Shown: one piece after another, positions 9,437 to 19,217 of the stretch | Position numbering within the stretch: the stretch's first letter is position 1 | Layout of the letters: each line of letters opens with the position of its first letter | Source of the DNA: Actinomycetota bacterium | GTDB lineage: Bacteria; Actinomycetota; Actinomycetes; S36-B12; UBA5976 | Reading direction: 5' to 3' | DNA length: 29,220 nt | Assembly: GCA_041158285.1 (NCBI GenBank) | Contig: JBEBBR010000055.1 | Coordinates: forward strand, 1-29,220 | The notes under the pieces: model-generated | Seen by the model: only the letters and a program-made list of their open reading frames with translations | Told to the model about the DNA's origin: nothing | Database searches by the model: none | Translations under genes and position numbers: made by a program

Positions 9437-10213
9437 ATGTCGCCATCCAAACGTCGTGAACGTGAACTTTCGCAGGCAAAGCGCGAACGTCAACTTCAGC
9501 GTGCCACGGCCAAGCAAGACAGCAACCGCGTAATCATCGGTGCCGCCGCTGTCATCATCATTTTGGTTGGCGCATTCTTTATTATCAATAAGGGTCAAGG
9601 TCAGGCTGGAATCGATAATCCAACCGCCACTGCGACTGAGGACAACCGCCAGTGCGGAAACTACCCAGCCCCTATCGCAAACCCTGTTCAATGGGAAAAA
9701 TCTCCAAAGGTGGACTTGAACGCGAAGGCTTACACCTGGAAACTCCTCTTGAACTGTGGCGAGGTTGAAGCCAAACTTTTCCCAGACAAGGCCCCAATCA
9801 CGGTCAATTCCATGAAGTTCCTTAGCGAACAGAATTTTTATGATGGAGTTCAGTGCCATCGCCTCACCACTTCAGGCTTGTATGTCCTTCAGTGTGGAGA
9901 TCCAACTGGCACCGGCATGGGCGGTCCTGGCTACTCGATTCCTGAAGAAAATAAGCCTGAGCAGGTCGAAAACAACTACCCAGCTGGCACCTTAGCAATG
10001 GCTCGCAGCCAGGCTCCAGGTTCTGGTGGATCACAATTTTTCATTGTGTATGAAGACACCACACTTGGTGCCGACTACACCATCTTCGGTCAGATCACCA
10101 AAGGTCTAGATCTCATCAAGGAGATTGCTGCCGCCGGAGTTGATGGTGGCGCGACTGATGGAACTCCGTTTATTAAGACTGCAATCCTCAATGCTGAAGT
10201 GGTGGCTGGTTAA
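9437..10213 (+). CDS. ppiB: Membrane-anchored cyclophilin-type peptidyl-prolyl cis-trans isomerase
   Basis: Basic N-terminus plus one TM helix (VIIGAAAVIIILVGAFFII), then APITVNSMKFL, FYDGVQCHRL, LQCGDPTGTGMGGPGY, GTLAMAR, GSQFFIVY, YTIFGQI. Confidence 0.92.
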   Translation: MSPSKRRERELSQAKRERQLQRATAKQDSNRVIIGAAAVIIILVGAFFIINKGQGQAGIDNPTATATEDNRQCGNYPAPIANPVQWEKSPKVDLNAKAYTWKLLLNCGEVEAKLFPDKAPITVNSMKFLSEQNFYDGVQCHRLTTSGLYVLQCGDPTGTGMGGPGYSIPEENKPEQVENNYPAGTLAMARSQAPGSGGSQFFIVYEDTTLGADYTIFGQITKGLDLIKEIAAAGVDGGATDGTPFIKTAILNAEVVAG

Positions 10214-10215
10214 TC

Positions 10216-11436
10216 ATGACAAACAATCCTCAAACCCCATTTGGCCGCGCCGAAACCGACGGCACTGTTTACGTCAAAACTGCCAACGGTGAAGTTGCTG
10301 TTGGTCAGTACACAATCGGCACGCCAGAAGAAGGCCTAGCTTTCTACGTCACCAAGTTTGACCAACTTCTCGCAGAGGCCGATCTCACTGTCACACGCCT
10401 GAAGTCAGGCCGCGGCACAGTTGAATCAGCTCGGGAAGTTGCCACCAAACTTCAGGCTCAAATCGATGCGCCAACCATGGTGGGAGATCTTTCAGTTTTT
10501 GCTGCTCGCATTACTGAACTACTTGCCCTTGCCGATGTGAAGCAAGCAGAACGAACTGCCGCCAAGGCTGCAGCCCGCGAAGCTGCATTGGCTCGTCGAA
10601 TCGCAATTGCCGACGAAGCTGAGAAATTGGCCGCTTCCACCTCGTGGAAAGCCACTCAGGAAAAGTTCACTGCCATGCTCGAAGAATGGAAGACCCTCTC
10701 ACGTGGCGATCGCGATGCTGAGCAGGTTCAATGGAAGCGATTCTCAGCAGCTCGTCAGACTTTTGATCGCGCCCGTCGTAATCACTTCGCCGAGTTGACC
10801 AAAACTACTGCGGCAGCCAAATCGGCCAAGTCGGCAATTTTGCAGGAAGCACTCGAACTCAGCACCAGCACCGAATGGGGCCCAACCACCATCAAGTTCC
10901 GTGAACTCATGGATCGCTGGAAGGCTGCTCCCCGCGGCAGCAAAAAAGATGATGATGCGTTGTGGGCCAAATTCCGTGCGGCTCAGCAGGTTTTCTTCGA
11001 TGCCAAAAAGGTTGCCAACTCCATTCGTGACGAAGAGCTCAAGGGTAACCTCGACGCAAAATTGGCCCTTCTGGTTGAAGCAGAAGCAATCCTTCCCATC
11101 AAAGATATTGCAGCAGCCAAGAAGGTTTTGCGTTCGATCTCTGATCGCTGGGCAGCAGCAGGACACGTTCCACGCGGTGACATCGATCGCGTCGAAGGTC
11201 GTTTGCGCGCTGTGGAAGAAGCAATTCGCGAAGCAGAACAAGAAGAATGGCGTCGCAGCGATCCAAGCCGCAAGGCTTTCGCTGCCTCAACCGCATCCCG
11301 TTTCCAGGATGCTGCAGACAAGCTAGAGGCTGAAGTTGCTGAAGCTCGTGCCAAGAACTCTCCAAAGCTTGCCAAGCTTGAAGAGCAATTGGTCAACGCC
11401 AAAGCGCTCGTCGAAGCAGCTGCAAAGCACGCCTAA
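10216..11436 (+). CDS. DUF349 domain-containing helical repeat protein
   Basis: PFGRAETDGTVYVKT...VGQY N-terminus and three repeated helical units of the form W..F..L..W...R......W.RF..A...FF. Conserved actinobacterial neighbour of ppiB. Confidence 0.85.
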   Translation: MTNNPQTPFGRAETDGTVYVKTANGEVAVGQYTIGTPEEGLAFYVTKFDQLLAEADLTVTRLKSGRGTVESAREVATKLQAQIDAPTMVGDLSVFAARITELLALADVKQAERTAAKAAAREAALARRIAIADEAEKLAASTSWKATQEKFTAMLEEWKTLSRGDRDAEQVQWKRFSAARQTFDRARRNHFAELTKTTAAAKSAKSAILQEALELSTSTEWGPTTIKFRELMDRWKAAPRGSKKDDDALWAKFRAAQQVFFDAKKVANSIRDEELKGNLDAKLALLVEAEAILPIKDIAAAKKVLRSISDRWAAAGHVPRGDIDRVEGRLRAVEEAIREAEQEEWRRSDPSRKAFAASTASRFQDAADKLEAEVAEARAKNSPKLAKLEEQLVNAKALVEAAAKHA

Positions 11437-11447
11437 TACATTCACCG

Positions 11448-11482
11448 AAAATGCCGCTCACCGAAAGGTGGGCGGCATTTTT
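11448..11482. terminator. Bidirectional intrinsic terminator between convergent DUF349 and rel
   Basis: AAAATGCCGCTCACC-GAAA-GGTGGGCGGCATTTT: 15-bp stem with one G-U pair, a GAAA tetraloop, and A/T tracts on both sides. Confidence 0.92.
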
Positions 11483-11515
11483 AATGTGATGCGAATGTTG
11501 TACTGGCGCTAAAAG

Positions 11516-13753
11516 CTAAACGCGATAGCAGTCGTACACGCCATCAATTGCGCGCACGGACTGCAGAACAGTTCCTAGATGTCGTGGATCGCTCATCTCG
11601 AAGGTGAAACGTGAAAGAGCTACACGATCGCGAGTTGTGGTGACCGATGCACTCAGGATGTTGACATGCTGATCCGACAAAGTTTTGGTGACATCGGAAA
11701 GTAGTCGCGCACGATCGAGGGCTTCGACCTGAATGTTGACGAGGAACACACTGTTGTGGCGAGGGGCCCATTCGACATCGACAAACTTTTGATCTTCCTC
11801 CCCCAGGGCCTTGATGTTGACGCAGTCGACACGGTGAACACTGACACCACTGCCTTTGGTAACAAAACCTGTGATCCCATCTCCGGGCACTGGTGTGCAG
11901 CAGCGAGCAAGTTTGACCCAGACATCGTCTGCACCTTTAACCACAACACCAGGGTCGCCTTGTGGCAATCCCTTTCGAGATTTCATCTGTGTTGGAGAAA
12001 TGGTTTCTGAAAGATCTTCTACGAGACCTTCGAGTCCACCTTGGCTGCTCAAAAGCTTCTGAATAATTGCCGAAGCAGAGATCTTGTTCTCACCAACCGC
12101 TGCATAAAGCGCCGCCAAATCCGGGTAGCGAAGATCAAGGGCCAACGAATTCATCGTTTGGTTGGTCATCAAACGTTGCAATGGCAAACCTTGTTTGCGC
12201 ATTCCGCGAACGATTGCGTCTTTACCTTGCTCTTCGGCATCTTCGCGACGTTCTTTAGAGAACCAGGCTTTAATTTTGGCTCGAGCTCGACCGCTCACAA
12301 CAAAATTCAGCCAGTCGCGGCTCGGTGCCGCAGAGTCTGCACGAGATGTGAAAATCTCAATGACATCGCCGTTGTTCAAAGTGGATTCGAGTGGGACCAA
12401 CTTGCCGTTGACTCGGGCACCGACACACTTATGTCCGACTTCGGTGTGAACTGAGTATGCAAAGTCAACAGGAGTTGAGCCAATTGGCAATCCGATGACA
12501 TCACCTTTAGGGGTGAATACATACACTTCTTTAGACGCTAAGTCATAACGCAGCGAGTCAAGGAACTCATCAGGATCCTCAGCTTCACGTTGCCAATCAA
12601 GCAATTGACGCAACCAACCAAAGTCATCAGAGTTCTTGGCTTCAGAACCTTGTTTGTAACGCCAATGCGCTGCGATTCCGTACTCAGCGGCACGGTGCAT
12701 TTCATGAGTTCGAATCTGAACTTCAATGGGACGACCATGCGGTCCAATAACGGTGGTGTGCAAAGACTGATACATCGTGAACTTTGGCATCGCGATGTAA
12801 TCTTTAAAACGACCAGGGACTGGATTCCAACGTGCGTGAATGCGACCAAGTACTGTGTAACAGTCCCCAACAGAATCCACCAAGATGCGGATGCCAACTA
12901 GATCGTAAATATCATCAAGATCGCGACCACGCACGATCATTTTCTGATAGACACTGTAGAAATGTTTTGGGCGTCCAGTTACGACGGCTGAGATTTTGGA
13001 ATCTTTGAGATCGTCGTTAATGAGATTTACAACTTCTTGAAGTTGACTCTCGCGTTCTGGCGCTTTTTGTTCAACGAGTCGAACAATTTCGTCGTAGCGT
13101 TTTGGATAGAGATGTTTGAAACTCAAATCCTCAAGTTCAAACTTGATCGTGTTCATTCCAAGTCGATGAGCAAGCGGTGCAAAAATCTCAAGAGTTTCCC
13201 GCGCTTTGATTTCCTGTTTGTTCCCAGGCAAAGCCTCGAGGGTCCGCATATTGTGGAGTCGGTCAGCCAACTTGATGACCAATACGCGAATATCGCGAGC
13301 CATCGCCACAACCATTTTGCGAACGGTTTCGGCAGCACTGGCCTGTCCGTATTTCACCTTGTCGAGTTTGGTAACACCATCGACAAGATGTGCGACTTCA
13401 TCCCCGAAATCTTCGGAAAGTTGCTCAAGTGAATAGTCAGTGTCTTCGACCGTGTCGTGCAAAAACGAAGCTGCCAAGGTGGGTGCAGTCATTCCAAGTT
13501 CGGCAAGAATTCCAGTGACGGCCAACGGGTGCGTGATGTACGGCTCACCACTGCGGCGGTATTGAAATCGATGTAGGTACGCAGCTTTCGTAAAAGCTTT
13601 GCGAAGAAACTCAACATCTGTTTTTGGATGGAAGCTCAAAACTGTATCGAGGACTGATTTCAGCTCTGGCTCAAGGTCGACCATGACGGCAGCGAAGTTG
13701 CCATCACCTTGTTCGATGGGTTCAGAAGTTGATTTCTCAACTACATCAGACAT
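11516..13753 (-). CDS. rel: Bifunctional (p)ppGpp synthetase/hydrolase Rel
   Basis: Hydrolase [11 protein letters not shown] and [20 protein letters not shown], synthetase [12 protein letters not shown] / RFKDY / YQSLHTTV / EVQIRT, TGS domain (VFTPKGDV...[11 protein letters not shown]), [10 protein letters not shown], and a C-terminal ACT domain. Confidence 0.97.
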   Translation of the reverse strand: MSDVVEKSTSEPIEQGDGNFAAVMVDLEPELKSVLDTVLSFHPKTDVEFLRKAFTKAAYLHRFQYRRSGEPYITHPLAVTGILAELGMTAPTLAASFLHDTVEDTDYSLEQLSEDFGDEVAHLVDGVTKLDKVKYGQASAAETVRKMVVAMARDIRVLVIKLADRLHNMRTLEALPGNKQEIKARETLEIFAPLAHRLGMNTIKFELEDLSFKHLYPKRYDEIVRLVEQKAPERESQLQEVVNLINDDLKDSKISAVVTGRPKHFYSVYQKMIVRGRDLDDIYDLVGIRILVDSVGDCYTVLGRIHARWNPVPGRFKDYIAMPKFTMYQSLHTTVIGPHGRPIEVQIRTHEMHRAAEYGIAAHWRYKQGSEAKNSDDFGWLRQLLDWQREAEDPDEFLDSLRYDLASKEVYVFTPKGDVIGLPIGSTPVDFAYSVHTEVGHKCVGARVNGKLVPLESTLNNGDVIEIFTSRADSAAPSRDWLNFVVSGRARAKIKAWFSKERREDAEEQGKDAIVRGMRKQGLPLQRLMTNQTMNSLALDLRYPDLAALYAAVGENKISASAIIQKLLSSQGGLEGLVEDLSETISPTQMKSRKGLPQGDPGVVVKGADDVWVKLARCCTPVPGDGITGFVTKGSGVSVHRVDCVNIKALGEEDQKFVDVEWAPRHNSVFLVNIQVEALDRARLLSDVTKTLSDQHVNILSASVTTTRDRVALSRFTFEMSDPRHLGTVLQSVRAIDGVYDCYRV

Positions 13754-13786
13754 TGTGACACCTCGCTTTCAAATCGCCGTGAGGTG

Positions 13787-13792
13787 AGTTTA
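13787..13792 (-). promoter_or_regulatory. Candidate -10 element (TAAACT) for rel, overlapping the apt stop codon
   Basis: TANNNT hexamer about 33 nt upstream of the rel ATG, followed by a GAGGTG SD. Motif match only. Confidence 0.3.
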
Positions 13793-14317
13793 CGCGGAAA
13801 TCGTTTTGAGGCTGTGAATTGTGTGATCCCCAAGCAGATTGTGGGCGCCAAGGAAATCAAGAGCCAGGATAAAACTGAGGCCCACAACTTCAGCACCGCA
13901 GAGTTTGATCAAGTCGATTGCAGCCTTTGCTGTGCCGCCTGTTGCAAGTACGTCATCAACAATGAGTACGCGCGCACCGGCATCAACATCCTGATGGTGA
14001 ACATGTAAAGCGGCTGTCCCGTACTCCAACGCATATTCCACGCTGTGAGTAGCACCTGGAAGTTTGCCTGGTTTGCGCAATGGCACAAATCCCACACCAA
14101 GGTGTTGGGCAACTGTCGCGCCCACGATAAATCCGCGAGCTTCCATGCCGGCGACTACATCGATCTGCTGTCCAGCAAACGGTTTAGCAAGATCCGCAGT
14201 GATTTCTGCTAGCCCTTCTGGGTCTGCAAAAACGCCTGTGAGATCTTGAAACATCACACCTGGAATCGGCCAATCCGGAATTACTCGAATTAGCCGCTCA
14301 AGTGCGCTCTGGCTCAT
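13790..14317 (-). CDS. apt: Adenine phosphoribosyltransferase
   Basis: IPDWPIPGVMFQDLT, GMEARGFIVG, RKPGKLPG, EYALEYGT, and PRPP motif VLIVDDVLATGGT. Confidence 0.96.
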   Translation of the reverse strand: MSQSALERLIRVIPDWPIPGVMFQDLTGVFADPEGLAEITADLAKPFAGQQIDVVAGMEARGFIVGATVAQHLGVGFVPLRKPGKLPGATHSVEYALEYGTAALHVHHQDVDAGARVLIVDDVLATGGTAKAAIDLIKLCGAEVVGLSFILALDFLGAHNLLGDHTIHSLKTISA

Positions 14318-15387
14318 TTTCTCTTGCTACGCGGTACGTGACGACGAGGCGCTGTACGAGTTGACGCGTTCTGAGTGACTACGCGACCTGTTGGAGCTTC
14401 GTTTGTCGCCACATTCGCATTGAAACCTGCTTTGGTTCCAACACGCTTTGCGAGTGCAATCATGGATGGCTGCTTCTCTTTGAGCTGAGCCAAAACTGGT
14501 GTTGCAACGGTGATCGAGGAGTACGTACCGGCCAACATACCGACGAACAATGCGAGGGAAAGGTCTCGCAAAGTTCCTGCACCAAGAATTCCTGCACCGA
14601 TGATCAAAATTGCGGTCACTGGAAGCAAAGCCACAATCGAGGTGTTGATGGAGCGAACCAAAGTTTGGTTGAGAGCCAGGTTGGCAGCACCTGAGTAGGT
14701 GAAGCGAGTCTGACGTTCAATGTTCTTGGTGTTTTCTTTGACCTTGTCGAAAACCACAACTGTGTCGTAGAGCGAGAAACCAAGAATGGTGAGAACACCA
14801 ATGACGGTTGCTGGAGTAACTTCAAAACCAGTGAGGGCATAAATACCAATAGTGATCACAACATCGTGGATGAGTGCGATGAGAGCGGCAAATGCCATAC
14901 GCCATTCGAAAGTTACTGCTAGGAAGATGGAAACCAAAAGTAAGAAAACCCATAGAGCTTGAATTGCTTTGCTGGTGATATCAGATCCCCATGATGGTCC
15001 AACGATCTGCACGCGCACTTCGCCTTCAGCAACATCAAATGCTTGAGCGAGATCAGCAACAACCTGAGATGTTTCTTCGTCAGTGAGATCGCGAGTTTGG
15101 ATGCGGATAGTTCCGTTACCAAGCTGAGTGACGATTGGGCCTTCGATACCGATATCGGTGACCAATCCGCGAGCTTCTTCGACACCTGAAGTAGATGTAG
15201 ACACAACCTGGAATTCGGCTCCTCCGCGGAACTCGATACCAAGGTTGAGTCCGCGTCCAACGAGACCAACAATTGCCAAAAGCAAAATGACTGCAGAAAG
15301 TGTGTACCAGGTCTTGCGACGACCAACGAAGTCGTATGCAACTTCACCGCGGTACAGGCGTGCGCCGATATTTCCCAACTTAGACAT
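14314..15387 (-). CDS. secF: Protein translocase subunit SecF
   Basis: LNLGIEFRGG, VGPSWG, ALIHDVVIT, GFSLYDTVVVFDKVKEN, NQTLVRSINTS, and multiple TM helices. Confidence 0.96.
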   Translation of the reverse strand: MSKLGNIGARLYRGEVAYDFVGRRKTWYTLSAVILLLAIVGLVGRGLNLGIEFRGGAEFQVVSTSTSGVEEARGLVTDIGIEGPIVTQLGNGTIRIQTRDLTDEETSQVVADLAQAFDVAEGEVRVQIVGPSWGSDITSKAIQALWVFLLLVSIFLAVTFEWRMAFAALIALIHDVVITIGIYALTGFEVTPATVIGVLTILGFSLYDTVVVFDKVKENTKNIERQTRFTYSGAANLALNQTLVRSINTSIVALLPVTAILIIGAGILGAGTLRDLSLALFVGMLAGTYSSITVATPVLAQLKEKQPSMIALAKRVGTKAGFNANVATNEAPTGRVVTQNASTRTAPRRHVPRSKRK

Positions 15388-15389
15388 GA

Positions 15390-16961
15390 TTACTCACCAA
15401 TCGATTCTGCGTAAGCACTTTTCGCATGTGGAACGTTGATGTCAGTCACACCAAGTCGTTTTGGATCAAGTCCAGTCATTGGAGATCCGCTAGTGAACCA
15501 CTTGGTACGACCAAGTAAGACAACTAATGGGCGGGTGAAGACGAATGCAATGAAAACGTCAATGAGTGTGGTGAGAGCGAGTGTGAACGCGAAGCCGCGA
15601 ACGCTACCTACGCTGAGCCAGTACAAAACTGCACCTGCAAGCAATGACACCGCATCCGCCACCAAGATGGTGCGACGTGCGCGATCCCAACCGGCGTTGA
15701 TCGCCGACTTAAGTGACTTGCCATCGCGAATTTCGTCTCGAATACGTTCGAAGTACACAACGAATGAGTCAGCAGTAATACCAACCGCAACAATCGCACC
15801 AGCAATACCTGCAAGGGTCAGTGTGAATCCGATCTGACGACCAAGAATGACGAACGCGAGGTAGGTCAACACTGCTGCAACCACAAGTGAGAACACTGCA
15901 ACCGAACCAAGTGCACGGTAGTAGAAGAGTAAGTAGATTGCGACAAACATTAGACCGAGCAAACCAGCCAAAATACCTGCGTTCAGCTGATCTTCACCAA
16001 GCGTTGGTGACAACGAAGTCACTTCGGCGATGTCGAGTGTCAATGGCAATGCGCCGTACTTCAAAACGTTAGCCATTTCAGTAGCCTCGGTTTGAGTGAA
16101 GGTGCCGGTGATCTGAGCTTGGCCACCAAGAATTGGCTCTGAGAAATATGGGCTTGAGAAAACAAGACCGTCAATCACGATCGCGAATTGATTGTTTGGG
16201 GTTGGAAGTTTGTACAACTTCTCTGATGCGTCAGCGAGTTTGGTAGCACCTTCGCTATCAAACTCCAAAGTCACAACCCAGCTGGTTGAGTTTTGAGGAA
16301 TTTCTGGACGAGCATCGGCAACGTTGGTGCCCTTGATGAATGCTGGTTCGAGTAAGTACTTCACAGCACCATCACGTGAACACGTGACAACCCACTTCAA
16401 TGGATCGTCCGCAACGCCACCCTGACGAACAGCTGGATTGGTGCAATCGAGATCAGCGAACGCTTTCTGCAAAGCTGCATCGTTCTTGTCAGATTGAATT
16501 GGAGCAACTACAACATCTTCAGTAGCCGTCGGTGAGGCTGATGGAGACGGTGATGCACTTGGAGTCGTTGGAGCGCCAGCGCTCTCAGCAACTACAGGAC
16601 GGAAATCAAGTAACGCGGTTTGCTTCAAAACTTCAGCAATACCCTGCTCAGATACACCTGGGATCGAAACCAAGATTGCAGCATTGTTGCCGCTACCTTG
16701 AGTTGAGACCTCAGCTTCAGCAACACCAAGACCGTTGACACGTTGACGGATGATCTCAACAGCCTGGGTGAGTTGTGAGTCAGAAATTGTTCCGCCCGTA
16801 ACACGTGGAGTCAGGGTTACTTGGGTACCACCACGTAGGTCAAGACCTAATTTAGGAACGCTGGACTGGCCAGGCCAGAAAGTCCAAGCACCTAGGGCGA
16901 TGGTTAACGCCAGGAGTGTTGCGAGTGGACGGATTGGCCGTCCAGCAGAGCTTTTCGCCAC
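15390..16961 (-). CDS. secD: Protein translocase subunit SecD
   Basis: GTG start with GAAAGG SD. LGLDLRGG, IIRQRVNGLGVAEA, FAIVIDG, LKYGALPL, LTLAGIAG...GITADSFVVYFERIRDE, VRGFAFTL. Confidence 0.96.
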   Translation of the reverse strand: MAKSSAGRPIRPLATLLALTIALGAWTFWPGQSSVPKLGLDLRGGTQVTLTPRVTGGTISDSQLTQAVEIIRQRVNGLGVAEAEVSTQGSGNNAAILVSIPGVSEQGIAEVLKQTALLDFRPVVAESAGAPTTPSASPSPSASPTATEDVVVAPIQSDKNDAALQKAFADLDCTNPAVRQGGVADDPLKWVVTCSRDGAVKYLLEPAFIKGTNVADARPEIPQNSTSWVVTLEFDSEGATKLADASEKLYKLPTPNNQFAIVIDGLVFSSPYFSEPILGGQAQITGTFTQTEATEMANVLKYGALPLTLDIAEVTSLSPTLGEDQLNAGILAGLLGLMFVAIYLLFYYRALGSVAVFSLVVAAVLTYLAFVILGRQIGFTLTLAGIAGAIVAVGITADSFVVYFERIRDEIRDGKSLKSAINAGWDRARRTILVADAVSLLAGAVLYWLSVGSVRGFAFTLALTTLIDVFIAFVFTRPLVVLLGRTKWFTSGSPMTGLDPKRLGVTDINVPHAKSAYAESIGE

Positions 16962-17000
16962 GATGAAGCCTTTCTCAGTGCATCAAGTTGCAAGCGGCAG

Positions 17001-17006
17001 AGTTTA
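17001..17006 (-). promoter_or_regulatory. Candidate -10 element (TAAACT) for secDF
   Basis: TANNNT hexamer in the 65-nt ruvB-secD gap, upstream of the SD. Confidence 0.4.
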
Positions 17007-17026
17007 CGGCTCTCAGGGAGGGATGA

Positions 17027-18052
17027 TTACAGTGGTAGGCCTAGTGGACCAGGCGGTGGGGTAAGTCCCAAATGTGCCCAGCCAGCCTCCGTCGCCTGCC
17101 GTCCTCGAGGGGTACGCAGCAGCAATCCAGCCCGCACGAGGAAAGGTTCGGCGACCTCTTCGACAGTGCCGACTTCTTCACCCACAGCCACTGCGAGCGT
17201 AGATAGCCCCACCGGACCGCCGCCAAATTTGGTGATCAACGCCGTGAGCACTCCCCGATCGAGACGATCGAGACCGAGTGCGTCTACTTCGTAGAGGGAT
17301 AGCGCGGCCATCGTGATGTCAAGGTTGATTCGACCATCCGCATGAACTTCGGCGTAATCACGAACGCGTCGAAGCAACCGATTTGAAATACGAGGGGTGC
17401 CGCGGCTGCGCAGTCCGATTTCGATGGCGGCATCTTCGGAAATATCAACCTTCAGCAGATCGGCTGATCGGAAAACAATGCGGGAGAGCTCTTCTGGCTC
17501 ATAGAAATCAAGGTGTGCAGTGAATCCGAAACGATCCCGAAGTGGACCTGGCAACAATCCCGCCCTGGTGGTTGCACCGACCAGTGTGAAATGTGGAAGG
17601 TCGAGTGGAATTGCTGTCGCACCTGGACCTTTGCCGACCATGACATCGACTCGGTAATCCTCCATCGCGAGGTACAACATTTCTGCGGCAGGTCGAGCAA
17701 TGCGATGGATTTCGTCGATGAAGAGAACTTCACCTTCGACAAGCGATGACAAAACTGCGGCTAGATCCCCCGCATGAGTAATCGCTGGGCCAGATGTGAT
17801 TCGAAGTGGAACCTGAAGTTCGTTAGCAACAATGGCGGCCAAAGTGGTTTTGCCAAGTCCTGGAGGCCCGCTCAACAACACGTGATCCGAACTACCACCA
17901 CGACTAGCTGCGGCTGAAAGCACTAAACCGAGTTGATCACGGACTCGTTGTTGGCCAATGAATTCCGTAAGAGATGTCGGACGTAATGCACTCTCAACAG
18001 TTTTTTCATCGACAGATGCATGAGCATCAACAATTTCGGGAAAGTCTGTCAT
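17027..18052 (-). CDS. ruvB: Holliday junction branch migration helicase RuvB
   Basis: [65 protein letters not shown]...RTPRGR. Confidence 0.97.
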   Translation of the reverse strand: MTDFPEIVDAHASVDEKTVESALRPTSLTEFIGQQRVRDQLGLVLSAAASRGGSSDHVLLSGPPGLGKTTLAAIVANELQVPLRITSGPAITHAGDLAAVLSSLVEGEVLFIDEIHRIARPAAEMLYLAMEDYRVDVMVGKGPGATAIPLDLPHFTLVGATTRAGLLPGPLRDRFGFTAHLDFYEPEELSRIVFRSADLLKVDISEDAAIEIGLRSRGTPRISNRLLRRVRDYAEVHADGRINLDITMAALSLYEVDALGLDRLDRGVLTALITKFGGGPVGLSTLAVAVGEEVGTVEEVAEPFLVRAGLLLRTPRGRQATEAGWAHLGLTPPPGPLGLPL

Positions 18053-18639
18053 GAGCGACTCGATCGATTGAGAGTTGCAAGAGCTGCCCGTAATGCTGCA
18101 CCTGGATCTTGTGGATCAACATCTGACTCCGAAACTTTCGCTACGGCAGATGCTGCTTCTTTGGAATTCCAGCCAAGCGAAATCAACGCAGCCTCAACAT
18201 CATCTTTCCACGAGGTAGCAGCGGCTGGCACTGACGTCACAGAACTGACTTTGTCACCTAGTTCGAGAATGAGACGAGCAGCCGACTTCTTTCCAACACC
18301 CGGAATTTTGGTGAGAGCTACTTCATCACCGCGAACAAGAGCTGAAGTGAGGACTTCTGGTTCTGTCGCAGCCAGAATTGTGAGAGCTAATTTCGGTCCA
18401 ACTCCCGAAACAGTTTGGAGTAATGAGAAGAGTGATTTCTCCTCTTCGCTGCTAAAACCAAAAAGTGTCATCGAATCTTCGCGGACGATGAGTTGAACTG
18501 GAATCGTGACTTCAGCGGTTCGAGAAAGTTTTGAAAGAGTTCGCGGAGTAACAGAAACTGCATAACCAACACCATGCACATCAAGCACAACAGTGTTGCC
18601 ACTAATGCTTGTGACCATGCCACGAATATGCGAATACAT
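18049..18639 (-). CDS. ruvA: Holliday junction branch migration protein RuvA
   Basis: [47 protein letters not shown]. Start reassigned to ATG 18639 (MYSHIRG), overlapping the ruvC TAA. Confidence 0.96.
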   Translation of the reverse strand: MYSHIRGMVTSISGNTVVLDVHGVGYAVSVTPRTLSKLSRTAEVTIPVQLIVREDSMTLFGFSSEEEKSLFSLLQTVSGVGPKLALTILAATEPEVLTSALVRGDEVALTKIPGVGKKSAARLILELGDKVSSVTSVPAAATSWKDDVEAALISLGWNSKEAASAVAKVSESDVDPQDPGAALRAALATLNRSSRS

Positions 18640-19157
18640 TACAAACCTTTCGATGCAGCAACTGCTGAACTTATACGTTCTTTCGCAGTTCCGCGCCAAG
18701 AATGGCAGATGGCGATGGCTAATGCGTCAGCAGCATCCGCAGGTTTAGGTAATTCAGTCAAACCAAGAATTCGCGCAACCATGGATGTCACTTGCGCTTT
18801 GTCAGCACGTCCGTTGCCACTCACTGCCGCCTTAACTTCTGAAGGAGTGTAAGTAACAACTGGTAATCCGCGTTGGGCTGCAGCCAGGAGTGCCAAACCA
18901 GATACTTGAGCAGTTCCCATCACGGTGCGAACATTGGCCTGCGAAAAAACTCGTTCAACTGCAACAGCGTCAGGACGAAACTCTTCGAAAATTGTGTCGA
19001 GCTGCCGCGAAATCGATAAAAGTCGTTGATCAAGTGCATCAGTGCTCGGTGACTTCAACACATTTGCATACACAAAAGAGACTCGACGAGCTTGAGCACC
19101 TTCAATGACGCCCACACCACAGCGAGTTAGACCTGGGTCGATACCCAAAACTCTCAC
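18639..19157 (-). CDS. ruvC: Crossover junction endodeoxyribonuclease RuvC
   Basis: GIDPGLTRCG, AVERVF, YTPSEVKAAVSGNGRADKAQV, DAADALAIAICH. GTG start with AGGAGG SD (19162-19167). Confidence 0.96.
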   Translation of the reverse strand: MRVLGIDPGLTRCGVGVIEGAQARRVSFVYANVLKSPSTDALDQRLLSISRQLDTIFEEFRPDAVAVERVFSQANVRTVMGTAQVSGLALLAAAQRGLPVVTYTPSEVKAAVSGNGRADKAQVTSMVARILGLTELPKPADAADALAIAICHSWRGTAKERISSAVAASKGL

Positions 19158-19175
19158 AAAGCCTCCTGCGGGGCC

Positions 19176-19181
19176 AAGCGT
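19176..19181 (-). promoter_or_regulatory. Candidate -10 element (TACGCT) for ruvCAB
   Basis: TANNNT match 8 nt upstream of the AGGAGG SD in the 60-nt gap. Confidence 0.3.
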
Positions 19182-19217
19182 AGAGAAACGACGCGTGAAA
19201 ATGAGATTGTGACTCGC

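Noticed and set aside
9356-9859. 167-aa minus-strand ORF
   Set aside because: Antisense to the cyclophilin gene with no recognisable motif.
16500-16580. Pro/Ser/Thr-rich low-complexity stretch in secD (similar ones in the DUF3048 gene)
   Set aside because: These are ordinary flexible linkers of actinobacterial exported domains, not DNA tandem repeats.
18640-18699. Extended ruvA N-terminus in the ORF track
   Set aside because: It lies within ruvC. ATG 18639 overlaps the ruvC stop and gives a canonical RuvA start.
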